This document shows positions 48,954 to 59,148 of a DNA stretch of 64,000 nt, one piece after another (the first letter of the stretch is position 1; the number at the start of each line of letters is the position of its first letter). Source of the stretch: Arenicellales bacterium (lineage in GTDB: Bacteria > Pseudomonadota > Gammaproteobacteria > Arenicellales > JAHEKD01); assembly GCA_965204695.1 (NCBI GenBank), contig OZ242007.1, positions 3,047,701-3,111,700 of the forward strand, read 5' to 3'. The notes under the pieces were generated by a model. That model was not told the origin of the DNA and ran no database searches. It was given only the letters and a program-made list of their open reading frames with translations. A program made the position numbers and the translations under genes.

Positions 48954-49970
48954 ATGAATATTTTAAGAAGACTCATTGTAAGTGCATCTATCGTATTTGC
49001 CTTGAATATGTCTACAGTTTATGCACAGGGGGAAGATTTGAAGATTGCAGCGGCATTCCCTGCTGGGGTCGAGAATGCTTGGGTAGCTGCCTGGGTTGAT
49101 TCATTCCAACGCGTAAAAGAAAAATCGCTTCATGGTATTAACCTCGATTTGGCGTATACAGAAGGTGTATTCGGTGATAAGGGGCTTGAAGTTTTAGAAG
49201 CCTATTCAGAATCGGGGGAGTACGACATTATTTGGGCTCATAGTTCATATTCTGACGAGGTCGAGGAGCTTATGGAAGCATATCCTGACATACTTTATGT
49301 CACGGTAGGTGCTGGAAATCATGCATTGGGCAATAATTCTTATTTAATTTACATGCATATTCACGAGCCTTCGTATTTGGCGGGTATATTTGCAGGCTTA
49401 ACAACTCAGAGTAACATTATTGGTGCAGTTGGCCTTTTTCCAGCCGACGATGTGAATGATCAGGTCAATGCTTATAAGGCCGGTGCCAAATCGGTGAATT
49501 CAGATATTAAAACGAAAGTTACTTTTATCGAGAGTTGGTATGACCCTGCAAAAGCGGCTGAAGCTGCGAATGCACAAATTGCTGCTGGAGCAGATATAAT
49601 TTATCAGCTGGGTGAATCCTACCAAGTATGTAAGGAGCGTGAAATCTTATGCATCGGTAATTATATCGATATGAGTAAGATTGTGCCGGAGGTTGTACCC
49701 CTATCGGTGTTAGTCAATTGGGAACCTCAAATTAACTATATTATAGATGAATGGAAAAAACATAAAAATTCCGGAGAGCCTTATGATGCACCTTTGGAAA
49801 AAGTGTGGTTTAGCATGGCGCAGGGAGGTGGAGACTTATCACAATTTAACGCCATTCTTGATGAAAAAATACCAACTGAAGCCAAAGAAGCTGTCGCATC
49901 AGCTCGTCAGAAGATTCTTGACGGTGAGTTAACTGTAGAATTAGACACGTCATTACCGTCCTCAGATTAA
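48954..49970 (+). CDS. BMP-family (PnrA-like) ABC substrate-binding protein, probably for a purine/nucleoside
   Basis: It has a signal peptide (ASIVFALNMSTVYAQG) and BMP-family length. It heads an operon with a two-domain ATPase and two permeases. Confidence 0.75.
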   Translation: MNILRRLIVSASIVFALNMSTVYAQGEDLKIAAAFPAGVENAWVAAWVDSFQRVKEKSLHGINLDLAYTEGVFGDKGLEVLEAYSESGEYDIIWAHSSYSDEVEELMEAYPDILYVTVGAGNHALGNNSYLIYMHIHEPSYLAGIFAGLTTQSNIIGAVGLFPADDVNDQVNAYKAGAKSVNSDIKTKVTFIESWYDPAKAAEAANAQIAAGADIIYQLGESYQVCKEREILCIGNYIDMSKIVPEVVPLSVLVNWEPQINYIIDEWKKHKNSGEPYDAPLEKVWFSMAQGGGDLSQFNAILDEKIPTEAKEAVASARQKILDGELTVELDTSLPSSD

Positions 49971-50075
49971 TTCCTTCGCTATTCTTCAAACATAAGCCAT
50001 GAAGAATTCTAAGCACAATCTTCTGTATTTGAGTTTGATCGAATTTCATTCCTGTTATAGATAAGAAGTTCGCCA

Positions 50076-51647
50076 ATGACAAATGATATTAGCCGCAGTC
50101 AACCTTATTTAAAAGTAGAAAACATTACGAAACGATTTCATCAGGTAGTAGCCAATGATCGAGTCAGTTTTGAGGTCATGCCTGGAGAAATTCATTGTCT
50201 TCTTGGTGAAAATGGGGCAGGAAAATCGACGATAGCAGAATGCATTTACGGTTTCTATCGTCCAGAGGAAGGGACAATTTTTGTAAATGGTCAACCAGTA
50301 AAATTTAACTCTCCTCTAGATGCAATTAAATACGGTATTGGAATGGTGCACCAACATTTTGTACTGGTGACAACCATGACGGTTTTAGAGAATATCGTAA
50401 TTGGCACTGATGCAGTAAGTACCATCCTTGATCTTAAGACGGCCGAGACGCGAATCCAAAAGATTTGTGAACGCTATAATGTCGATATTGATTTACACGC
50501 TCAGGTCTGGTCACTACCCGTTGGGAAACAACAATGGGTTGAGATTCTCAAGGCGCTATTTTTGGATGCTCGTTTACTTATTATGGATGAGCCCACAGCT
50601 GTTTTGACACCACAAGAATCTCGGCAACTTTTTAAAATTTTTCATGAAATGGTCTCAGATAGCATGTCAATCATACTTATTAGTCATAAGCTTGATGAGG
50701 TCATGCAGTCAGACAATGTAACGGTACTACGAAAAGGTAAGAAAGTTGGCACTGTAATTACCAGTGAGAGTTCTAAACGTGAGTTGACTAATTTGATGGT
50801 AGGGCGAGAAGTCGAACTTCATGGTACCCGAGTGCGAGATCAACCGGGAGGACCGCTATTAGAAATCACCAATTTATGTGCAAAAAACGATTTTGGTACT
50901 GAAAAACTAAGCGGTATTAATCTTACTGTACATCGAGGTGAAATCGTTGGAATTGCCGGTGTTGCCGGGAACGGTCAGAAAGAACTATTTGAGACACTAA
51001 TGGGTGTCCGTAAGGCCACAACAGGACAGATACAACTGGACGGATTAGATGTTACCAATCGTGATCCCGGGGCAATCCAAGCAGAAGGGATGGGTTATAT
51101 ACCTGATGATCGTTTTGCTGAGGGGCTTGTGCCTGATTTTGATGTGCAGACTAACCTGATTCTCGGCGCACAGCGTGAAGCACCTTTCGCAAAAAGAGGA
51201 TTCTTAAACTTTAGAGCAATTCGTGATTTTGCTCGTAAGGCAATTGATGAATTCGCTATAAAGACACCGTCAGAACAGACTATTTGTCGAACCCTTTCTG
51301 GTGGTAATGCTCAAAAAGTGATCGTCGCACGTGAGTTTGACCAAACAAGTAAGGTAATACTCGCCAATCAACCATCACGTGGTCTTGATATCGGAATTAT
51401 TGAATACATGCATGAGAGTTTAATCAAAAAGCGGGGTGATGCTTTCGGAATATTGTTAGCTTCCGAGGAACTTGATGAACTTTTGGTGCTATCTGACAGA
51501 ATTTTAGTGATATTCAAAGGACAAATTCTCGGTGAGTTTGCACACGATAGTGCGAATATTGAGCAAATTGGTTTATTAATGGCAGGACATAAGGCGGTAT
51601 CAACGCCGACGGTTGAAGAAAATAGAATTGAGAACGAGTCATCCTAA
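50076..51647 (+). CDS. ABC transporter ATP-binding protein (duplicated ATPase, CUT2/BMP type)
   Basis: Two Walker A motifs (GENGAGKST, GVAGNGQKE) and an LSGGNAQK signature. Confidence 0.9.
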   Translation: MTNDISRSQPYLKVENITKRFHQVVANDRVSFEVMPGEIHCLLGENGAGKSTIAECIYGFYRPEEGTIFVNGQPVKFNSPLDAIKYGIGMVHQHFVLVTTMTVLENIVIGTDAVSTILDLKTAETRIQKICERYNVDIDLHAQVWSLPVGKQQWVEILKALFLDARLLIMDEPTAVLTPQESRQLFKIFHEMVSDSMSIILISHKLDEVMQSDNVTVLRKGKKVGTVITSESSKRELTNLMVGREVELHGTRVRDQPGGPLLEITNLCAKNDFGTEKLSGINLTVHRGEIVGIAGVAGNGQKELFETLMGVRKATTGQIQLDGLDVTNRDPGAIQAEGMGYIPDDRFAEGLVPDFDVQTNLILGAQREAPFAKRGFLNFRAIRDFARKAIDEFAIKTPSEQTICRTLSGGNAQKVIVAREFDQTSKVILANQPSRGLDIGIIEYMHESLIKKRGDAFGILLASEELDELLVLSDRILVIFKGQILGEFAHDSANIEQIGLLMAGHKAVSTPTVEENRIENESS

Positions 51648-52711
51648 TGTCTATAACTATTGAAAAAAGGTTAACAACCAGCCCGGTTGCGCAAGCACTT
51701 TCCATTATTCTGGCACTTTCAGCTTCATTTTTTGTCAGTGCTCTACTTTTAATTTCAGCTGATGCGAATCTAATTGATGCCTCTGTAGCTGTCTGGGAAG
51801 GTGCATTCGGTTCTAAGCGTGCAATTGCAAAAACGCTTATTAAAGCCACGCCGTTGATACTCACAGGGGTTGCTGTAGTCATAGCGTTCCGTGCTAAGAT
51901 CTGGAATATTGGTGCAGAGGGACAGTTATTTGCTGGTGCCATCGCTTCATATGGAATGTATCTGCTTGTTGGGACATCAGCAGGTATATTTCTGATACCT
52001 TTAGTGTTTATGGCCGGTTTCGTTGGTGGCGGAATCTATGGAGGATTCGCGGGATATTTACGTTCCAAATTCGCTGTGAATGAGGTATTAAGCACCGTCA
52101 TGCTAAATTACATCATTCGATTCTTTCTTTCCTTTTTATTGGTAGGTGCTTGGCGAGACCCAAGTTCATTTTATCAGCAAACTTCCCGAATTGATCGTGA
52201 TGCACGTTTGCCAGAGATTTTTGATATCAGCAAATTTCATATTGGGTTTTTAATCGCCTTGCTATGCGCGGTGGGGGTATATGTATTGTTAACCCGAACA
52301 GCATTTGGTTTAGAGCTTCGTGCGATTGGGTTAAATGCCAAAGCAGCTAAATTCAAAGGTATCAACGTAGAACGAACGGCGGTAATTGTGATGCTAATCA
52401 GCGGGGGGATAGCAGGTCTTGCAGGCGTCACCGAGGTGTTTGGTGTTCATGGAAGATTAAAACCTGACATTTCAACTGGTTTTGGTTTTACTGGGATAAT
52501 CGTAGCCATGCTTGCATTGCTTAATCCAATAGCAGTAATCGTTGTAGCAATATTGCTTGGTGGTTTAATCAACGGCGGAATCAAAATGCAGGTTGTTACC
52601 GGTGTCCCAAGCGCAATGACGGATGCAATTCAGGCAATCATACTCATGTTTTTCCTTGCTGCAGCGGTATTGACACGATACAAAATAAATTTGGGGAAGA
52701 GTGATGAGTGA
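51647..52711 (+). CDS. ABC transporter permease
   Basis: A polytopic membrane protein whose ATG overlaps the ATPase stop (coupled). Confidence 0.85.
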   Translation: MSITIEKRLTTSPVAQALSIILALSASFFVSALLLISADANLIDASVAVWEGAFGSKRAIAKTLIKATPLILTGVAVVIAFRAKIWNIGAEGQLFAGAIASYGMYLLVGTSAGIFLIPLVFMAGFVGGGIYGGFAGYLRSKFAVNEVLSTVMLNYIIRFFLSFLLVGAWRDPSSFYQQTSRIDRDARLPEIFDISKFHIGFLIALLCAVGVYVLLTRTAFGLELRAIGLNAKAAKFKGINVERTAVIVMLISGGIAGLAGVTEVFGVHGRLKPDISTGFGFTGIIVAMLALLNPIAVIVVAILLGGLINGGIKMQVVTGVPSAMTDAIQAIILMFFLAAAVLTRYKINLGKSDE

Positions 52712-53648
52712 TCTTTTTACAGAAGCCGTTCTGATTAGTATATTAGCAGCGACGATTCGTATCGCAACTCCGCTAATCTTTGCTGCTCTCGGAGAACTTA
52801 TTACAGAGCGAGCAGGGATATTAAATCTTGGTGTCGAAGGCACGATGCTTATGTCAGCCTTTGCAGGTTTTGTAGGTACGTTTGCGACTAACTCACTCGT
52901 AGTTGGATTGGTTTCGGCAATGGTGGCCGGGGGGCTGATGGCATTCATAATGGTATTCATGGCAGCAACATTAAAAGTTGAGCAAGTCGTTACAGGGCTA
53001 GCTCTGAACATGCTCGCGGCGGGTATGTCATTGTACTTGTATAAGATCTATTTTGAAGGGAATGCACTACCGACAATTGAAGTAATGTCAATATACAGCA
53101 TTCCCATACTTGAGGAAATTCCATACTTAGGTCCAATTTTATTTCAGCAGAAATTATTGACATATGCGGCATTCTTGATGGTACCAGTTGTTTGGTTTTT
53201 CTTGTACCGAACTAAGTACGGTCTTGAAATACGAGTATTAGGGGAGAATCCGAAAGTTCTTGATACGAAGGGAATGAACGTGACCAGCCGTCAATATGCG
53301 GCGGTTATACTAGGTGGCATTCTTATCGGCGTGGGCGGGGCATTTGTGACTATTGGTTCAGTCGTACGCTTTGTTCCAGACATCACAGCTGGACGAGGAT
53401 GGCTGGCGCTGGTCATCGTAATTGCTGGAAATTGGCGCCCAGCTGGAATTTTGATTGCTGCCTTAGTTTTTGCATTTTTAGATGCACTTCAATTACAAAT
53501 ACAGGGTATTGGTGTTGCCTTACCTTATCAAATATTCCTTGCTCTTCCCTATATCATGGCAATTGTGTTGATGGTATTTAAAAGCCGTGTTGGCGGATCT
53601 GAAGAACCGCAACAACTCGGTATTCCTTACTTTCGAGGTGAGAGATGA
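52701..53648 (+). CDS. ABC transporter permease
   Basis: A polytopic membrane protein that overlaps the upstream permease by 11 nt. Confidence 0.85.
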   Translation: MMSDLFTEAVLISILAATIRIATPLIFAALGELITERAGILNLGVEGTMLMSAFAGFVGTFATNSLVVGLVSAMVAGGLMAFIMVFMAATLKVEQVVTGLALNMLAAGMSLYLYKIYFEGNALPTIEVMSIYSIPILEEIPYLGPILFQQKLLTYAAFLMVPVVWFFLYRTKYGLEIRVLGENPKVLDTKGMNVTSRQYAAVILGGILIGVGGAFVTIGSVVRFVPDITAGRGWLALVIVIAGNWRPAGILIAALVFAFLDALQLQIQGIGVALPYQIFLALPYIMAIVLMVFKSRVGGSEEPQQLGIPYFRGER

Positions 53649-53672
53649 ATAATGCGATAACACAAGGCAACA

Positions 53673-54434
53673 ATGATGAAAAATAAAACTCGTATTCTGA
53701 TTATCAATCCCAACACCAGTGAATTTGTGACTGAGAAAATACGAACCTGTGTTGAAAATATGGTTGGTAGCAATGTTGAGATTGTTGCGGTTACAGGAAC
53801 TCGTGGTGCTCCAATAATCAACACACGGTCCGAATGCGCAATTGGTCGTGTTGAAGCTTTAGAATTAGCCGTGTCGCATGCCCATAATTGCGATGCAGTA
53901 TTATTAGCCATCTCTTTTGATACCGGCCTAGATGAGCTGCGAGAAATTTTGCCAATCCCGGTTGTTGGTATGAGTGAAGCGGGCATGCTGGTTGCTTGTA
54001 CAGTGGCACGCCGGTTTTCTTTAGTTACATTTGGAGAACGATCTGTTCCACTTTATGAAGAACTGATCGAGCATTATCGTTTAAAAGACCGTTCAGTTGG
54101 AACGGTTACTCTACGGCCGTTAACTCAGAAAGAGATGATTGATCCAACACAAATTATACCTCTGCTAATAGACAAAATAGAGGAGACAGCTGAGAACCAA
54201 GGAGCTGAAGCAATTGTTCTTGCAGGGGCTATATTTGCAGGACTAGCTGAGCGATTGCGTGATCAGGTTAGTATCCCTGTCATAGACGGAATTGTTGCCG
54301 GTATTAGTATGTTACAGTTACTTGATCAGCTTAATCTGAGAAAACCACAAAAGGGAAGTTACCGTTTCCCGGATAATAAACCATTGGAGGGTATGTCTGA
54401 TGCGTTTCGAAGCCGCTTCAGATCTTTCATTTAA
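53673..54434 (+). CDS. Asp/Glu/hydantoin racemase family protein (allantoin racemase candidate)
   Basis: The N-terminus RILIINPNTSEFVTEKI and the ~250-aa length match the hydantoin/allantoin racemase family. The context is purine catabolism. Confidence 0.65.
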   Translation: MMKNKTRILIINPNTSEFVTEKIRTCVENMVGSNVEIVAVTGTRGAPIINTRSECAIGRVEALELAVSHAHNCDAVLLAISFDTGLDELREILPIPVVGMSEAGMLVACTVARRFSLVTFGERSVPLYEELIEHYRLKDRSVGTVTLRPLTQKEMIDPTQIIPLLIDKIEETAENQGAEAIVLAGAIFAGLAERLRDQVSIPVIDGIVAGISMLQLLDQLNLRKPQKGSYRFPDNKPLEGMSDAFRSRFRSFI

Positions 54435-54469
54435 GTTACAACGAAAGTTAGGATATACGGAGAGCAAAC

Positions 54470-55672
54470 TTGGATATTCTTCTTGAATGGTTTAGCTATT
54501 TTGCACGATGGGGACATGTTATTGCGGCTATTACATGGATAGGCACCTCATTTTACTTCAACTGGCTAGATCTATCTGAGCGCCCAGCAACACATAAAAC
54601 ACTCAAATCGAATGTTGTTGGTATTGTGCATGAAATACACGGCGGTAGTTTTTATTATCACGAGCGCCACTGGCCAATCAAAGATATTCCAAGAACGTTA
54701 TCACACTCCGGACCAGCACAGCTGACCTTTCTAACTGGATTTATTTTAGTTGTCTATTATTACTGGTTTGGTGCTGAGACTTATCTCCTCAAACCATCGG
54801 GCGGTTATTCTACATTGAGCGCAGTTATGGCAAGTGCATTCATTCTCTTTGTACCATATTTTATATACGATGTAGTATGCAAGTTTACGTTAGATGACAA
54901 GATTGTTTTTATCATCGTGTCACTTATGACAGTCGGACTCAGTTTCTATGCTAGCACCATATTCAATGCGAAAGCGGCCTATGTCCATATTGGCGCCATG
55001 CTGGGTACGATTATGGTTGCAAACGTGAAGTTCGTCATTATTCCCAATCATATTAGAATGCGCTCTCAGGTACAGAAGGGCAAACCTGTAAATCAAGATT
55101 ATCACAAATTAGCAAAAAGACGTTCGCAACATAACAACTACATGACGTTACCGGTTGTGTTTAGTATGGTTAGTATTCACTTCCCGATAGCATTTTCAGG
55201 TCAGTATGCATGGCTAATTCTTGTATTGATTATGGGAGGTGCCTTTTTTATACGCTATTACCGTAATATTGTATTGCGTGAAGATCGAAACAGCCCATTA
55301 ATTATATTTGTATCATTATTATTGTTAAGTATTGGGATAGGGTTAAGTTACATTCCGTCGGTCGTACAAACCCAAGAAAACATCGTATTCGAAAATGAGA
55401 TGGAACAAAGTGCTTTTAAAATTATTCAACAAAGGTGTACAAGCTGTCACTCAGCTGCACCTACATTTGAAGGTATTGTAAGTCCTCCAGGCGGGATTAA
55501 ATTCGACACGATTGCCGAGATTAAAGCTCAGAAAGACCGAATATATAAAAGTGTTATAACAACTAATTTCATGCCTCCTGGTAACGTGACACAGATGACT
55601 GAGTCAGAACGCACAAATCTAGATTCCTGGCTATCTGAAATTGGTGTACCAAAGCAAACAGAAACCAAATGA
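54470..55672 (+). CDS. puuD: Membrane-bound urate hydroxylase PuuD (cytochrome c-type)
   Basis: The N-terminus is WFSYFARWGHVIAAITWIGTSFYFNW. It has multiple TM helices and a C-terminal CTSCH haem-c motif. It uses a TTG start. Confidence 0.8.
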   Translation: MDILLEWFSYFARWGHVIAAITWIGTSFYFNWLDLSERPATHKTLKSNVVGIVHEIHGGSFYYHERHWPIKDIPRTLSHSGPAQLTFLTGFILVVYYYWFGAETYLLKPSGGYSTLSAVMASAFILFVPYFIYDVVCKFTLDDKIVFIIVSLMTVGLSFYASTIFNAKAAYVHIGAMLGTIMVANVKFVIIPNHIRMRSQVQKGKPVNQDYHKLAKRRSQHNNYMTLPVVFSMVSIHFPIAFSGQYAWLILVLIMGGAFFIRYYRNIVLREDRNSPLIIFVSLLLLSIGIGLSYIPSVVQTQENIVFENEMEQSAFKIIQQRCTSCHSAAPTFEGIVSPPGGIKFDTIAEIKAQKDRIYKSVITTNFMPPGNVTQMTESERTNLDSWLSEIGVPKQTETK

Positions 55673-56604
55673 GTGTTGATGCAATCATAAATGAGACTTA
55701 TCCACGTGACATGAAAGGGTACGGGAGTACACCACCTGACCCCAAATGGCCAGATGGTGCTCGATTAGCTGTGCAATTCGTATTAAATTATGAGGAAGGC
55801 GGAGAGAATTGTATATTACATGGGGATAGATCTTCGGAGGCCTATCTGACTGAAATTGTCGGACTAAGTCCGCTACAGAACCAACGGAGCCTTACTGTAG
55901 AATCACTCTATGAATATGGAAGCCGAGTTGGATTCTGGCGGCTTCTTCGTCTATTCAAAGAAAAGGGGCTACCTCTGACTTGCTTTGCAGTTGGTATGGC
56001 ACTCAAACGTAACCCGGATGTTGCACATGCCCTTATCAATTCTGGTCACGAGATTGCTGGGCATGGATGGCGTTGGATAGATTACCAAAATGTTCCGATT
56101 AACATTGAGCGTGAACACATTCGATTAACTATCGATACGATTCGAGATCTGACAGGTGGACGACCACTTGGTTGGTATACGGGACGCGTTAGTCCAAATA
56201 CGACTCGTTTAATCGCTGAGGAGGGCGGTTTTTTATACCATTCCGATTCTTATTGTGATGATCTTCCATTTTGGGAAACAGTTGAGGGCCATTCAAATTT
56301 AGTTGTGCCTTATTCTCTTGATGTGAATGACATGAAATTCGGGGGGATTCAAGGTTTTAATTCTGGAGATCAATTTTTTACGTATCTTCGGGACAGCTTT
56401 GACTGGCTTTATCGTGAAAGTGCCACCCATCCACGCATGATGTCAATTGGCTTGCATTGCCGAATAGTCGGTAAGCCCGGTCGTATTGCAGCACTGGAGC
56501 GTTTTATTGATTACATTAGCCATCATGAAAATATCTGGATTTGTCGTCGCATCGATATTGCTCGACACTGGCAGAGTGCTCATCCAGGGCCCACTTTAAT
56601 TTGA
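55669..56604 (+). CDS. puuE: Allantoinase PuuE (polysaccharide-deacetylase fold)
   Basis: YPRDMKGYG...VQFVLNYEEGGENCILHGD...YEYGSRVGFWRLLRLF matches the PuuE family pattern. Confidence 0.85.
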   Translation: MSVDAIINETYPRDMKGYGSTPPDPKWPDGARLAVQFVLNYEEGGENCILHGDRSSEAYLTEIVGLSPLQNQRSLTVESLYEYGSRVGFWRLLRLFKEKGLPLTCFAVGMALKRNPDVAHALINSGHEIAGHGWRWIDYQNVPINIEREHIRLTIDTIRDLTGGRPLGWYTGRVSPNTTRLIAEEGGFLYHSDSYCDDLPFWETVEGHSNLVVPYSLDVNDMKFGGIQGFNSGDQFFTYLRDSFDWLYRESATHPRMMSIGLHCRIVGKPGRIAALERFIDYISHHENIWICRRIDIARHWQSAHPGPTLI

Positions 56605-56625
56605 TAAAAAAGAGATGACTACATT

Positions 56626-57372
56626 ATGCTACGAAAACAATTTGGTGAAACACGTTCAACTTTCCAAGATAATCATGCTCTGATCAGCCCTGACAGCTTT
56701 GAACGTACAACACTACCCAATTGGCCGGGTATCGATATAATTTTCGTCATAACACCACAGATGGGTGCGCGATTTTCGATGTACCTAGCTGAAATGCCAG
56801 ACTCATCAATTGGACAAAAACCATTTTCGGGTCTTGAGCGTTTTATTTTCGTTCTTAGCGGTAGTATTACGCTACAAGTAGGCGATCATAGTCATGAAAT
56901 AAACATGGAAGGATATGCATTTATTCCAGCTGATCAGTTTCACTCTATAAAGGCTAATGGAGAAACCCGTATCGTTGTCCTTGAAAAAGTTTACTCTGAG
57001 CTGGAAAATCATTCCCAACCTAGTGTGTATGTAGGTGATACCAAGGAAGTGCCGATGGCGCCTATGAAGGGGGATGACAGACTCATGCTGAGTAAGTTAG
57101 TACCTGAGGAGCTTTCATTTGATTGTGAAATAAATGTAATGGATTTTTCACCAGGTGCATCTTTGCCTTATGTGGAAACTCATTTTATGGAGCATGGACT
57201 ACTCTTTCTAGATGGTGGTGGTGTGTATCGTTTGGATGACTGCTGGTACTCGGTCGCAGAAGGTGACTTTATTTGGATGGGTCCTTTTTGTCCACAATGG
57301 TTTGGTGCAATTGGACGAACAAATACAAGATATCTCATTTACAAAAACTGGAACCGAGATCCTCATGAATAA
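56626..57372 (+). CDS. allE: (S)-ureidoglycine aminohydrolase (bicupin, AllE/YlbA-like)
   Basis: It is 248 aa with two cupin modules and sits immediately after puuE. Confidence 0.7.
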   Translation: MLRKQFGETRSTFQDNHALISPDSFERTTLPNWPGIDIIFVITPQMGARFSMYLAEMPDSSIGQKPFSGLERFIFVLSGSITLQVGDHSHEINMEGYAFIPADQFHSIKANGETRIVVLEKVYSELENHSQPSVYVGDTKEVPMAPMKGDDRLMLSKLVPEELSFDCEINVMDFSPGASLPYVETHFMEHGLLFLDGGGVYRLDDCWYSVAEGDFIWMGPFCPQWFGAIGRTNTRYLIYKNWNRDPHE

Positions 57373-57616
57373 TTCTTAACAAAAATGATTCCGGTATAAC
57401 GAAAACTAAGACCCATGGTCAGTAATTATCTTAAAGTAGCCAGGACAGTGAATTGAACTTAACTTAAAATAAATTCGCTAAGTGTTTTACGAATCATTAA
57501 AAATGATAATCACAAATTCCTTAATCTTGTCCTAATCTTTTATTGACTAACCAATAGTTTCAAAATTTTCTCGGTCTATCTTTACCAAAAAGTACATAGA
57601 TGAGTTTTTTCTGAGA

Positions 57617-58043
57617 GTGGAAAGTTTCTACAACGTTGCGACAAATATTGATGAACTCGATGAGGAGCTGTGGCCTGATCCTCCTATTAAAGATTCATGT
57701 GGAGGCAAGTCGCTCCATCAGCAATCTCACGGAGAGTCTGTTCTATCGCTCATGATTGATCGATTTAGAGGTGGAGGCCTGTATATCCTAGATGAGCCAG
57801 AGGTTGACTTTTCACCCACGAGACAGCTCGCTGTACTGGATCGAATGCACCAACTAATAAACACTGAATCACAATATTATAATTGCCACTCATTCACCGA
57901 TATTAATGGCCTATCCAGGAGCGCTAATCCACCATATTGATGACACATGATTCAGCTAAATAAGCTATGAAGAGATCGAGCATTACATTGTGACTAAAAC
58001 GTTCTGAAATAATCCAGAATTGTATATTGGAAGAGTTTTTTAA
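57617..58043 (+). pseudogene. AAA/ABC-like ATPase (COG3910-type) remnant: 5'-truncated, one frameshift and three in-frame stops
   Basis: SHGESVLSLM...LYILDEPEVDFSP is followed in the shifted frame by IIIATHSPILMAYPGALIHHIDDT*FS*ISYEEIEHYIVTKTF*NNPE. The stops are at 57948, 57957 and 58005. Confidence 0.75.
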
Positions 58044-59148
58044 ATGAATCAGGTGCTTAACAAACCAAGTCCGCGTTCGATTATTCGGGTACCGGGGCTA
58101 GCAATTTTCTCAACCAGTGAACTGGCAACGACAACTGCTGATTGATCTGCTAAACGTTTATCGTATTTCACGTCGATCCTCAATCTATTGTGTAAATCAC
58201 TTAATCAAGCGTTTTAAATACCTTTTAAATATAGTCAGAATACCTTTGATTTCAAGCATGTGTTCGTTTTTCGATCTTTTCATCCTACATGAATTGAATG
58301 ACTTGCTACTATTCTCATCATGTAAACTTTGTTTATCTATTTTGATCGTTTGGTCACCCGCCGTCTGGCTTTTCCACCCGCTAAATATATTGAAAAAAGA
58401 ATCAATGCTGCACTGATGTATTGGATCAGTGTGATTTGTTCATCGAATGCCAACCATCCGACCACAAACATGGTCGGTAATTCAATACTGCCAACTATTG
58501 CTGCGCCAGATGCACCGAGTTTTGGAGCGAATGTTGAATAGATTAACTGAGGAAGAGTGGCTGTTAATAGCGCAATCCCTATGACAAGCATCCATGCGTA
58601 GGTTGATTTAGGGATGATTTGCTCGATGCCCAATGGGGCTATAACTAGAGATAAGCTCAGTACGGCTCCAGTAGCCACACTTGAGACTCTGACCATCGAT
58701 GATAAGGTTTTTAATTTGGACACCAATATGTTAATACTCAATCCAAACCCCAGTGGCGCCAATAACGACAAGAATAGCACGGATAATGCTTTTTTGTCGT
58801 TAGCAAAATCACTTACCGTAATCAGTGCGGCGAGAATAATAATGATAGTTGCAATGATCGATCTTAACTTAGGTCTTTCCTTAAACCACAACCAGGCAAT
58901 AAGGATAGTAAACATGGGGTAGGTCATATAAATGAGGCCTGCTGTTGACACAGAAACGACTTTTAACGCCTCTACATAACTAATCCAACCAAACCCCAAA
59001 CATGCACCCGCCATCAAACCCCAGCATACTTCACGAAGATTCTTCGCAATAATTAAAAAGGGCAGAAAAACTGTATGTCGTCAGATGATTTGGGACAGTT
59101 AGTTCTTAAAATTAAGAGAGACTATCCGATCATATCACTTGCCTGAGA

